A stretch of 64,000 bases of DNA from a virus: the IMG/VR virus record IMGVR_UViG_3300044991_002272; one strand, given 5' to 3'. How positions within the stretch are numbered: the first letter of the stretch is position 1; every line of letters begins with the position of its first letter. The notes under the pieces were generated by a model. The model was not told where the DNA came from. It searched no databases and saw only the letters and a list, made by a program, of their open reading frames with translations. Made by a program: the position numbers and the translations under genes. Below are positions 36,964 to 46,000 of this stretch, in pieces.

Positions 36964-38247
36964 TTATTTATGCGAACGGCAACGCAACCTATCACCAATT
37001 TTCAATCCAGATTCAAGATTTTTCAATCCGCCCTCAGTGGGAAACATATGCTTGCTACTCACCTTGATAGTCTTGCCACTTTTGGTAGTAATTTCAAACA
37101 CTGCTTGTTTCACCACTGGTAGTACTTCTGTTACTCTTACTGGGCCAGATTCATTTTCAATGTAGTCTCCTACTTTCAATTGATCAATTGTTACTTTTTG
37201 GCCATTTCGAACTACTATAGTATCCAGAGTCAGACACCTTCCAAGTTGGCTCGCAGTTTGCATGATGATGTTGCGCTCTACTGCCAGTCCGCGAAGCTCC
37301 TCAGTTACAAACTTGTCCTTGATGAAAAGGTTACTAACGTCAATTCTCTTGTTGTTAGGAAACATGAGATCAAGATAATCTACCATGAGTGCATCGCATT
37401 TTTGCCCTGTCTCAATCTCATAGTTTTTCAAAAACGCTCTCAGGTCGTTAGTAGTTGTGCCTTGAGGCATCTGTTTCACATACAATGTGCCTGCACGTTT
37501 GCCTGCCTGTGCAACTTTGATCTCCACCTCATCAATTCTCTTGAAAATTTCTGTTGTGGGAATATGCGCCACCATTGAGTCCAAGCGCATGGAGATCATT
37601 TCTTCACTCAGCTCTAGACTGATGTAGATAACATTCAGTCCAGCCTTAACCATGTTCACTGCCATGTTTTGAAGTGTGAGACTTTTGCCACCACCTGAAC
37701 CTGCACACCAAATGGTGATTTCTTTTCTGTTCACACCGCCATACAGCTTTTGGTCCACAGTTTTCCAACCAGTGCTGACCTGACCATTTGAGTTTTTGAT
37801 TCGCATCAACCGCTCTCGGGGATTGAGAAAGTAGTTGGTGCCAATGTCACTAGTAAGCCCAACTAAGATAGCTTCTTTGACTCGCTTTTCCACCTCAGCA
37901 TAGTTGCCTTTTTGAATCAACTCTGGTGCACTCAGCACAGCATCTGCAATGGCTCGGTTTTTACAAAACTCTTCAATTTGATCCAGAAAAGCTTGTTGCA
38001 GTTGGGGATTGATGTTGTCAATTTTTTCAAAATCAATACCAAATTGCGCACTCAATTGTGCTGGCTTAGGCAATGCCCTGTATTGATTTGCGAAATCAAT
38101 AACAAAACGCATCACAGGTCTCAGCTTGTTCACAAAGTATTTGGGCTGCAATATGTTTTGGCAGCGTGCATAAATCTCTTCATCACTCAACAGAACGCTT
38201 ACCAGCATTTTTTGCACGTCTTCGTTGTAATCTTTTGCTTCAGCCAA
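36964..38247 (-). CDS. gp41/DnaB-like helicase N-part + split intein N-part (90 aa)
   Basis: AGSGGGKS Walker A, ISLELSE, VDYLDL, TASQLGR|CLTLDT..TKSGKTIKVSSKHMFPT (IntN 37236-36967). Confidence 0.95.
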   Translation of the reverse strand: MAEAKDYNEDVQKMLVSVLLSDEEIYARCQNILQPKYFVNKLRPVMRFVIDFANQYRALPKPAQLSAQFGIDFEKIDNINPQLQQAFLDQIEEFCKNRAIADAVLSAPELIQKGNYAEVEKRVKEAILVGLTSDIGTNYFLNPRERLMRIKNSNGQVSTGWKTVDQKLYGGVNRKEITIWCAGSGGGKSLTLQNMAVNMVKAGLNVIYISLELSEEMISMRLDSMVAHIPTTEIFKRIDEVEIKVAQAGKRAGTLYVKQMPQGTTTNDLRAFLKNYEIETGQKCDALMVDYLDLMFPNNKRIDVSNLFIKDKFVTEELRGLAVERNIIMQTASQLGRCLTLDTIVVRNGQKVTIDQLKVGDYIENESGPVRVTEVLPVVKQAVFEITTKSGKTIKVSSKHMFPTEGGLKNLESGLKIGDRLRCRSHK

Positions 38248-38249
38248 GG

Positions 38250-39269
38250 TTATCCCCTAAACATTTGTCGTTTGATGCCGATCTCAACATCGTTTTTTGT
38301 GCGACTTTGAATCACACTTGTAATGGTATAGAGTTGACCATACCTCCTGCAAGCCTCAGCAGCATCTTTTACATCATCTTCCCACTCTGGGAAACTCACA
38401 CTCCAGCCAAACATCAATGCTGTGTCAATCAATTCTTGATTCTTACGCTGCCGGTCAGGCAACACTATGATCTCTTGATCCCTGGCTACCAATTGGTATA
38501 TTTGCTGTTCACTAAGAGTGCTGCCCAATGCTGCAACGCCCTGTGTGGAAATAGCATCAAATCCACCCTCAACCAATATGGCAAACTTGCGTCCAGGAAT
38601 ATCCAGCACATCATTATTGAACAAATATCCATCTGGTATGCTGCTGTTGAAGTAGCGAGAAGTTCCAGGCGGTGGCGAGCCTGCATATCTTGCAGTCCAC
38701 CCCACAATTTGGTTATGTGAGTAAAAGGGTATTAACACACGATTGTTCAATTGATGTTTTTTGTTGGGACTCCAATAATAATCGTAACCAGCTGCTATGT
38801 CTTGCCCACGACTTTCAATATACTCAACAACCTTCAAAAAATCAGGGTCAAACTCAGACTCGGAAAGAAGGCTCTCTATGGGCCTTGCGCCCTCAGGCAT
38901 TTCAACAGTGGGGAATTTTTGGAAACTGATCTTAACAGATTCTGGTAACGAGATCCGTCCATCCAGTTCTTTTTGTAATATTTCCATCTTCAAAGATTGA
39001 ACGCTGCTTCGCGGCACGCCCAACCAGTCAAGATACTGTTCAAAACTGCTGCTTAACCTAGTGCCATCAAATCTTGTTTTGAACCCACAATTGAAACAAT
39101 GGATGCCCAGTTGACCATCTTCTGAAAGTCGAAGATTTCCGCGCATGCGAGTATCAGCTTTGTGGCCTCGATGGCTGCAACAGACTGCATTGTGTATGAC
39201 CCATCCTTTGGGTGTAACTCTCCGCTGAACTGGAAGATGCTGCATAATTAGTTCGTGTATCAAGCTCAT
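38250..39269 (-). CDS. DNA primase (gp61/DnaG-like)
   Basis: Zn-finger region CCSH..HCFNC; TOPRIM LVEGGFDA, PDRQ, KDAAE. Confidence 0.88.
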   Translation of the reverse strand: MSLIHELIMQHLPVQRRVTPKGWVIHNAVCCSHRGHKADTRMRGNLRLSEDGQLGIHCFNCGFKTRFDGTRLSSSFEQYLDWLGVPRSSVQSLKMEILQKELDGRISLPESVKISFQKFPTVEMPEGARPIESLLSESEFDPDFLKVVEYIESRGQDIAAGYDYYWSPNKKHQLNNRVLIPFYSHNQIVGWTARYAGSPPPGTSRYFNSSIPDGYLFNNDVLDIPGRKFAILVEGGFDAISTQGVAALGSTLSEQQIYQLVARDQEIIVLPDRQRKNQELIDTALMFGWSVSFPEWEDDVKDAAEACRRYGQLYTITSVIQSRTKNDVEIGIKRQMFRG

Positions 39270-39288
39270 ACACTATTATAGTCAGCTT

Positions 39289-40110
39289 TCAGCTTATTTT
39301 GTAGAGTATTTTATCTATTGTTCCTCGATTGATTGGATCTGGAATACACACAAATCTGATCCAACGACAATTGATAGCGAAAGTATAACTCCGTAATGAG
39401 GTAGTTGTGCTGTCATAATAGTCTTCAGTTACTCCTGGACTGAGATCCACATAAAACCAACTCCGCTCAACTGGTGCTAGGTTTTCCAAACTGGCTTGTA
39501 TTTTAAAGTACCCTTGCCAATTGGTTTGATAGAAGGCAACTGAAAATAGCCCAGTGTTGTTACCTACACTGTTTTCTGCCCTAATAGCCCCACTAACCAA
39601 CCATTCTTTCATTTCATCCCAGTCTACTGTTATGGGCGTGAGTTCAGAACCCTTGAGTGTAACACTGGGAATAAATGTGCCGCCCACACTATCATACAAA
39701 TCAAAATCACCAATTGTGGAATTGTTGATATCTGTGTAAAGCATCTCTTGATTTTGATAAGGGCGGGTGATTTTCACTTGGTAGCGATATCCGCCTAAAC
39801 TCCAATTGGATGTATCGTTGCTGCTTAGCACAACTTGTGCTCTACCTTTGAGTTCATCTGTTACAGTACAAGATTTTTCCAGGACTATTGTCTGTGTAGC
39901 TGCATGCTCAATTACGATACTGAGTTGGCAATCCACTAATTTGACAGGCCTGCGGTCATTGTTACGTACAACAAAATCAATAATGTTGTAGTTGTTTTTG
40001 TATATTTTTGTGTTGTAATTTATCATGGGCCTATTGTAATTTGGGGCGCGATGATCAGTCATGCTCAATTGAACTGGCAGTCTGTAACTGTAGAGATATA
40101 TCAAGCTCAT
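39289..40110 (-). CDS. hypothetical protein, possibly BppU-like baseplate-type domain
   Basis: IDFVVRNNDRRPVKL beta-sandwich pattern; start 40110 chosen downstream of the late promoter. Confidence 0.55.
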   Translation of the reverse strand: MSLIYLYSYRLPVQLSMTDHRAPNYNRPMINYNTKIYKNNYNIIDFVVRNNDRRPVKLVDCQLSIVIEHAATQTIVLEKSCTVTDELKGRAQVVLSSNDTSNWSLGGYRYQVKITRPYQNQEMLYTDINNSTIGDFDLYDSVGGTFIPSVTLKGSELTPITVDWDEMKEWLVSGAIRAENSVGNNTGLFSVAFYQTNWQGYFKIQASLENLAPVERSWFYVDLSPGVTEDYYDSTTTSLRSYTFAINCRWIRFVCIPDPINRGTIDKILYKIS

Positions 40111-40140
40111 TGGGATAACATCATCAACAAAAGATTTACA

Positions 40141-40165
40141 CCTATTTAAGAGTGTCTTAAATAGG
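40141..40165. promoter_or_regulatory. back-to-back late promoters (palindrome)
   Basis: CCTATTTAAG-agtgt-CTTAAATAGG between divergent genes. Confidence 0.7.
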
Positions 40166-40167
40166 GC

Positions 40168-40536
40168 TTGATGGAAAACACACCGCAACAGAGATGGCCA
40201 TTTTTAACAGAAATCCGCTATCTCAACAAAGATTACACTGGCATTGTTCAAAATGCTGACAACACGATGCTGCACATGTATGTGATTGACCAGACCATGA
40301 GCATCCAACAGAAAAAAGAGATTATCCAATGTGGAGAGCTCTATTGGTGGGGTAGCAATCGCCAAATTCCCATCAATGTGTTCTTGCGGGAACGGTTCCG
40401 ACCCTTCAAAGGGTGTTTGAAGACCTTTGTGAGAAAAGAAGTAACTGTGTTAAGCGGCCCCTTACCCAGCTTGGACACACTTATTAACAAGCGTGGCAAA
40501 AAGCGCACAGTTCAGCTTGTTAAGAGCACAAGCTAG
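40168..40536 (+). CDS. hypothetical protein
   Basis: 122 aa. Confidence 0.7.
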   Translation: MMENTPQQRWPFLTEIRYLNKDYTGIVQNADNTMLHMYVIDQTMSIQQKKEIIQCGELYWWGSNRQIPINVFLRERFRPFKGCLKTFVRKEVTVLSGPLPSLDTLINKRGKKRTVQLVKSTS

Positions 40537-40748
40537 CCACCGATCATCAAAAAGTGCACAAAGCCATCTAGTTTGATGGCTATTGTGACACTCTGATCAG
40601 GGGCAGTAAATTCAGGCAACAAGCAGTCTATGCCCTGGAGGTTGAGCCAGGTTTTCACAGTTTCCTGTGTTTGGCTGTCCCAAACCTCAAACAAGGTCAT
40701 ATAGGTCAATGCTCTTTCAATAGCATCTAGAGTGGACTTAGTCCCCAA
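40533..40748 (-). CDS. hypothetical small protein
   Basis: 71 aa. Confidence 0.5.
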   Translation of the reverse strand: MGTKSTLDAIERALTYMTLFEVWDSQTQETVKTWLNLQGIDCLLPEFTAPDQSVTIAIKLDGFVHFLMIGG

Positions 40749-41181
40749 GTGAGGTCACCTGCACCTTCACCTTCACACTGCCATCTTTGCCTACCTTCAC
40801 TTGTGCAGGGCGGCGAGACTTGAGATCCTTTTCGTCTCCTTTGCTCCACTTCATCCAAGTGCTAGTGAGAGTCCAGGCCACTGTAGCAGCATCAGTTTCG
40901 TCACTGAGTTTTAGGCTGGCGCTGAGTTTGTCTTCACTTTCGCCAAAAACTTCCAGGAGGTAGTTGTTTTCCAGTTCACTGAGAAAGCTTAGTGTGGTTC
41001 CAAGATCAGCTAGGGAAATCTTGGGTGCCCGGAACCAAAAGTGTTTTTTGATGTTCTTTTGACGAGACAGCCAATCATTTTCCAGGTTTTCGCGCACCAA
41101 TACCTTGGTCTCACCCACTGTAAGATGGTAAGTGTGTCCAAACATATTGGCAGAGTGTTGCCAGTCTAGTGATTTGCTCAT
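40738..41181 (-). CDS. hypothetical protein
   Basis: 147 aa; AAGGAG SD. Confidence 0.7.
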   Translation of the reverse strand: MSKSLDWQHSANMFGHTYHLTVGETKVLVRENLENDWLSRQKNIKKHFWFRAPKISLADLGTTLSFLSELENNYLLEVFGESEDKLSASLKLSDETDAATVAWTLTSTWMKWSKGDEKDLKSRRPAQVKVGKDGSVKVKVQVTSLGD

Positions 41182-41193
41182 ACATGTTGCTCC

Positions 41194-41820
41194 TTATACC
41201 TGTACACTATAACTGCCATTTGCAATTAATTCAACCAGAAGGTTGAGCTGCACTTGGATAGCCACAGCGAGACTGATTGCATGTGATTTTTTGAAGCTGT
41301 AGTTTTGGTTAGGGTCAGGAGTCCAAATTTCAGGATCAAGGCTGTGCCAACCTTGATTTTGACATTTCCCAACCAAATGCCTTTTGCCAGGCCGGATCAA
41401 AGCCAAAATCATAGCCAATTGCACAGTGCTCTTGGGCTTCAAGCGGCGTACTAAATCAAAATGGTTATTGATATGGGCAAGCTGCTTAACAACTTCTTCA
41501 TGTTCTAGAAGTTCCCACATTGGAGCAGTGCTCATCAACTGTGATAGATGTGCCTCACTTTGTACCCCAGCATAGATGCTGTTGTTAAGTATATCAATTT
41601 TGTAACAGTTTCTTTCTTCAGCAACATCATAAGATATGCTGCAACATTCCAAAAATGGATGTTGGGGGACGTTGTGGAAATATACACCGCTGTTGTGCAA
41701 GGAATGCTTGTTGTTCTTGACAATACTGGCGGGAATATGTGGAACTACATTGAGCAGTTTTTTCCTATCTCCAGTGTCAATGTCAATATCGCCAAGGAAT
41801 GCCAATACTTTAGGTTCCAC
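41194..41820 (-). CDS. miniature DnaE (Pol III alpha)-like protein
   Basis: DIDID, HNSGVYF, KIDILN, LALIRPG, FKKSHA in 208 aa. Confidence 0.8.
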   Translation of the reverse strand: MEPKVLAFLGDIDIDTGDRKKLLNVVPHIPASIVKNNKHSLHNSGVYFHNVPQHPFLECCSISYDVAEERNCYKIDILNNSIYAGVQSEAHLSQLMSTAPMWELLEHEEVVKQLAHINNHFDLVRRLKPKSTVQLAMILALIRPGKRHLVGKCQNQGWHSLDPEIWTPDPNQNYSFKKSHAISLAVAIQVQLNLLVELIANGSYSVQV

Positions 41821-42124
41821 CTGTTATCCTATCCATTTGTTTTGACAACGTGTCTACTTTTTGTGTCAGCTTTGTTAGACTATTGTTAGCTCTGATAAGA
41901 CGATTATGTAAATCAATACAGGTTTGTGATGTTTGAATAATTTTTCGTTCAAGATCTTCAATCCATTGAGGATCAACCATCACAACCTTTTTGCCATCAA
42001 CTTCCAAACTTTGTAATTTGCCAAGGCTTGTTAAGCTTACCTTGCTCTTGCTGATCAAGGTGGGCTGCGCAGCAGGTTCCATTTCCTCGTTTCCATACAT
42101 ATCTAGATTCAAACGATCACTCAT
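41810..42124 (-). CDS. hypothetical coiled-coil protein
   Basis: 104 aa. Confidence 0.65.
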   Translation of the reverse strand: MSDRLNLDMYGNEEMEPAAQPTLISKSKVSLTSLGKLQSLEVDGKKVVMVDPQWIEDLERKIIQTSQTCIDLHNRLIRANNSLTKLTQKVDTLSKQMDRITGGT

Positions 42125-42133
42125 GCATTTTTC

Positions 42134-42904
42134 CTACATTCCAGCTTCTGTCAACACACTTTTGATTAAATCAGCCTGTTGTTTATAACGGAGCAGTCTT
42201 ACCTTCCATTTTTTCACTGGCGCAACCGTTTGTATCAAATACAGTTGCTCAGGATTACATCTTTCAAAAAATTCCACTGCGCTGTTACAATTATATAGCA
42301 TCCAAGGGCTGATTTTGCCTTGTGATATCCATCGAGTAGCTAAGTTTGGATTTACCTTTATCCAAAAGTCTTGCATAGGCAAGTCTTGCTCTTCAGTCCA
42401 TTTTTGAACTGTGCGCAAGCTTCTCTGCAATCCCATTTCAGGGGTTTCATCATGCAACAGCTCACTCAAAAAGCTGTTGTATAACAGCACATCACTCCAT
42501 TTTTTGAAATCAGCTTTTTGTTTCAATAACCACCGCACATATGTTTCAATCTCCTGAACTTGCTGCTCAATCAACCAATTGCCAAAGCGCACAAACTCAG
42601 TGTAATGCCTACTAACACAAAACTCTTGATAACTTTTGCTCTTGAGTGTTGTATTTTTCGGTGCTGTGCCTTCATTAAACAATAGATATGATGCATACCC
42701 CAGCTTGACATCTGGATTGTATTGGGCTTCACTCCTGCGCCTTGGTTCGCAACTGTGGGAAACCAAGGTTGCTTCTTTGGCAAATGCTTTTTGACACCAA
42801 GTGCAGAAGTGGGGCCGATTTAAATCAATCGCCTTTGGCAGCTTTTTTGAGTTCGTCTTTGAGCTCTTTGATACCACGGTCATCCATTCCACTGTATTTG
42901 GCAA
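42134..42904 (-). CDS. C2H2-type Zn-finger hypothetical protein (start uncertain)
   Basis: FCTWCQKAFAKEATLVSHSC. Confidence 0.65.
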   Translation of the reverse strand: MPNTVEWMTVVSKSSKTNSKKLPKAIDLNRPHFCTWCQKAFAKEATLVSHSCEPRRRSEAQYNPDVKLGYASYLLFNEGTAPKNTTLKSKSYQEFCVSRHYTEFVRFGNWLIEQQVQEIETYVRWLLKQKADFKKWSDVLLYNSFLSELLHDETPEMGLQRSLRTVQKWTEEQDLPMQDFWIKVNPNLATRWISQGKISPWMLYNCNSAVEFFERCNPEQLYLIQTVAPVKKWKVRLLRYKQQADLIKSVLTEAGM

Positions 42905-43340
42905 TTTCCATCAACTCTTCATCACTGTGATTGGTTTTCAAAATCATCATCTCTGCTTCATTTACATCACCATACAATTGAGTCAGCAAAGCCTCTGTCT
43001 TGGGTGTCTTGGAAGCTGTAGACTTGGTGCTGATCCACTGATGGTACTGTTTTTTCCCCACACCAGCAACACACATCAGCAAGTATTGCAGTTCTGGATG
43101 TTTGCCTAAATTCCATAAGCCATTGTTCACAAGATCATTAGCTGCCAGTACAAAATATTCTTTGTAGGGATTTGAGTCTGGGACGGCAGAAAGCCAGCGA
43201 ACTACAACTTTCGGTACAAAGCCCTTGCGCTCTTCTTCAGTTAAATTTGCATAAAATCCGCGATCCTTTTTGTCAATAGCCTCCAGCAGTACCATAAGGT
43301 CCAGTTTGAAGCTTCTTTTTGCTGTTGCTGCTTTTGCCAT
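42825..43340 (-). CDS. possible clamp-loader small subunit (T4 gp62-like)
   Basis: KGFVPKVVVRWLS..AND..HPELQYLLMC..KKQYHQWI resembles the gp62 pattern. Confidence 0.5.
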   Translation of the reverse strand: MAKAATAKRSFKLDLMVLLEAIDKKDRGFYANLTEEERKGFVPKVVVRWLSAVPDSNPYKEYFVLAANDLVNNGLWNLGKHPELQYLLMCVAGVGKKQYHQWISTKSTASKTPKTEALLTQLYGDVNEAEMMILKTNHSDEELMEIAKYSGMDDRGIKELKDELKKAAKGD

Positions 43341-43398
43341 AATATTTCCTTATCTAGTGTAATTGTAGGCTGTAATCTTGGTTCATTCAAGGCATCCA

Positions 43399-43406
43399 TA
43401 TAAATA
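43399..43406 (+). promoter_or_regulatory. T4-type late promoter TATAAATA
   Basis: Exact consensus upstream of the plus-strand structural gene. Confidence 0.8.
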
Positions 43407-43485
43407 TCAGTAACTGCAATTGGTGCAGTTTTATGGGGTTACCCGCCCCGTATGGCCTAGAACGCCACGTAGGAGACCAAAAGCA

Positions 43486-44418
43486 ATGGGACGACCACTT
43501 AACAAAAAATATTTTGGCAGCTTGGCTGCCTCGGGAATTGGAGGCGAAGGTGTTGCCTCTGTAACCATAACCGGACAAGGTAATTATACTAGTTTGCCAA
43601 CAGTGGGCTTCAGCCCGCCATTATTACCAGGCGGCATTTCAGCTGTGGGTAGTGTGGTGATGGAACTGCGCACTGTTGCCATCAACAATGCTGGTGGATC
43701 TTACACAGCAGGTGACGTGCTAGTGATAGGCGGCGGCGCTGTGGTAGGTGATACCACTGCTGGCACATACACTGTGCAGGCCGAGATAGTTGTTGACACA
43801 GTTGACGGTGGCACAGGAGCTATCACAGCTTTTGAAGTTTTGGCCGTTCGCGGATCATATACAGCACTGCCTGCAAAGGTTGCAGGTGGCAGCAATATCA
43901 CAAACCTCAGCCTAGACGGCGGCACTGGTAACAATGCTCGTGTCAACATCACATGGCGGGTTCTTTCTGTTACTGTGACAACAGCTGGTTCAGGTTACAT
44001 TAGTGTAGCTGATGCTCTACCTACTTTCAGCGCCGGTACTGCTACAGCAACTGGCGCAGCAGTGCTCACCAGCACAACTGAGCCAGCTATCACTCCTTAT
44101 GCTGTTACCATTGACGGTGGCACAGTTTTGCCAGCCGATATCATCAAACAAACTGGTGACAACAACTACATCATGGAAACTACAGAAGGGCAAACTCTCT
44201 GCACGTTGGGTACTACTGATACACCTGTGTTTGGCGGCGCGTACCTTCTGGCAACTGACGCAAATGGCAGCACATACTATGTGACAAAGCTTACAGCCCA
44301 TCTTGCTGTGTTGACCCAAAAAGCTATGGTTGGCAGCTATGTTTGGCAAACCGGTGAGCTAGCTCCTTGGGGCCTTGAGGCTGCTGACAACCTTGTTGTG
44401 CAAATCAACAATACCTAA
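43486..44418 (+). CDS. probable virion structural protein
   Basis: MGRPLNKKYFG start after AGGAGA; Gly/Thr beta repeats (GSY, GSGY). Confidence 0.7.
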   Translation: MGRPLNKKYFGSLAASGIGGEGVASVTITGQGNYTSLPTVGFSPPLLPGGISAVGSVVMELRTVAINNAGGSYTAGDVLVIGGGAVVGDTTAGTYTVQAEIVVDTVDGGTGAITAFEVLAVRGSYTALPAKVAGGSNITNLSLDGGTGNNARVNITWRVLSVTVTTAGSGYISVADALPTFSAGTATATGAAVLTSTTEPAITPYAVTIDGGTVLPADIIKQTGDNNYIMETTEGQTLCTLGTTDTPVFGGAYLLATDANGSTYYVTKLTAHLAVLTQKAMVGSYVWQTGELAPWGLEAADNLVVQINNT

Positions 44419-44454
44419 GACAGTTTCGCTGCCTTGGTAAAGCAGTGGACTCTG

Positions 44455-44501
44455 GAAACCCTCTCAAGCAAGCCCGAGCGAACTTGAGAGGGTTTCTTTT
44501 T
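44455..44501 (+). terminator. intrinsic terminator
   Basis: 14-bp stem GAAACCCTCTCAAG/CTTGAGAGGGTTTC + T run. Confidence 0.8.
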
Positions 44502-44503
44502 GA

Positions 44504-45946
44504 CTACCAGGTAATATAGGCTTGGGCGATGCTGTCACGCAGTTGACTTGTGTCCACATCAACCATCTGATCTGGCATATAGCTGCTGGGCCCCTGCCGC
44601 ATAGTGACTGCATCCACATACATTGAAAATTTACCCTCTTCGGCAGTTTTCAACACGCTGGGAATCTCCAGTTCCTGCAGGATTGGGTCAAACTGTTGCA
44701 CAAAAGCCGTATCCACTCCCAGCATACTGAATCTGGCGTTGTAGTGGGCCTGGCCTTTTTCCTGCCGAAGTCGCAGAACCAAGTCCAACCCAGTGAGATC
44801 GTGGGGGGCGAAGTTTTCACCAAATCCCACATTTTTGTAGCCGAGTAGAAGAACGTTCACACCTTCCTGCCAGCAACGTTCCAGGAGTTCTGCTGTTTCA
44901 GCAAGGTCCACACTGCCAACCACATGCTGAGCCATAATGGAGGGCAGTTTCCACCACTTCTCGCCCTGACTCTTCATGTGATTGTCTAGGTTACTCCTAA
45001 TCTTGGAGATTTTGTTCAAGTCTTTGGCATTGTGAACACTCACACCAATAGCACCAGCATGGTTCACTACAGCCAATGCCTTCTCCCGATCCAAACTCCA
45101 CTTAACACCAAAAGTAGTGAAGTTTGGTACAATGTTCTTACTTGCGGTGTACTGAATGATCTCTGCGAAATTGGGGTGGTCAGTTGTCTCCCCGCCACCA
45201 TAAGCAATTTCAAACACTCCCATCCGACTAAACGTATCAACCAAATTGAGAACTTCCTTCAGTTGTGCATGCTTGCCTTCTGGGGTGCTGCCCTGATAAC
45301 ACCAATTACATTTGTAAAGGCAGTGGTCGGTCAGCTTAACGTCGACGAGCTCAGGATAAGTGCTCTTGACGTAAGGAAGAGCGTCATCTTGCATGCTGAG
45401 CCGCACCTTGTGCCCACTGCTGGGGCTGAACAAGGTCCAATAATCCCCATCCTGGCGAATGCGCTTTTCGCCCGAGTGTTGGATAGCCGCAGTGATGTCG
45501 TTCTCAAAGCTGCCGTCTGGGGGTGTTTGCCCATCGCTGTTGTCGTTCCCGCCGAGGATAACAACATCATCGCGCATCACATACTGGTAGAGGCTCTTGA
45601 CAAATCCACCATCAACAGGATCTGAGCTTGAGAAAATTCCCCAAATGCTTTGATGGTCCACACCATAGCTGCAAAAAGTGTCTGCTGTGTAGTTTGTGCC
45701 AAGCCAGCTGTTCATCAACTGAACAGCGGTTTCCCCTGACACATTTTCCCTATCCAGAGCATGGTATAGCTGGGTGGCAAAATACGCCGACTTGCTTTCT
45801 TGATCAGCCAGGGTGAACTGTTCCCAACCATATTCAAAGCGGTTGTGCTCATCTGTGCCAACCCGCATTCCGGCCGGAATCATCACAATGCTGTGACTAC
45901 TACTGCTGTTGGTAGCAAAGCCAGCCCGAACGTTGAAAATCTTCAC
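44504..45946 (-). CDS. radical SAM enzyme fused to an N-terminal RxGFxTNSSSS domain
   Basis: CLYKCNWC, YGGGETT; GTG start KIFNVRAGFATNSSSSHS. Confidence 0.85.
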   Translation of the reverse strand: MKIFNVRAGFATNSSSSHSIVMIPAGMRVGTDEHNRFEYGWEQFTLADQESKSAYFATQLYHALDRENVSGETAVQLMNSWLGTNYTADTFCSYGVDHQSIWGIFSSSDPVDGGFVKSLYQYVMRDDVVILGGNDNSDGQTPPDGSFENDITAAIQHSGEKRIRQDGDYWTLFSPSSGHKVRLSMQDDALPYVKSTYPELVDVKLTDHCLYKCNWCYQGSTPEGKHAQLKEVLNLVDTFSRMGVFEIAYGGGETTDHPNFAEIIQYTASKNIVPNFTTFGVKWSLDREKALAVVNHAGAIGVSVHNAKDLNKISKIRSNLDNHMKSQGEKWWKLPSIMAQHVVGSVDLAETAELLERCWQEGVNVLLLGYKNVGFGENFAPHDLTGLDLVLRLRQEKGQAHYNARFSMLGVDTAFVQQFDPILQELEIPSVLKTAEEGKFSMYVDAVTMRQGPSSYMPDQMVDVDTSQLRDSIAQAYITW

Positions 45947-45971
45947 AGCAACCTCTCTCGTGTGTTCAGCC

Positions 45972-45999
45972 ATTATACACACGAGAGAAAATACGTCAA
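45972..45999 (-). promoter_or_regulatory. sigma70-type early promoter
   Basis: TTGACG-N16-TATAAT. Confidence 0.75.
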
Positions 46000-46000
46000 G

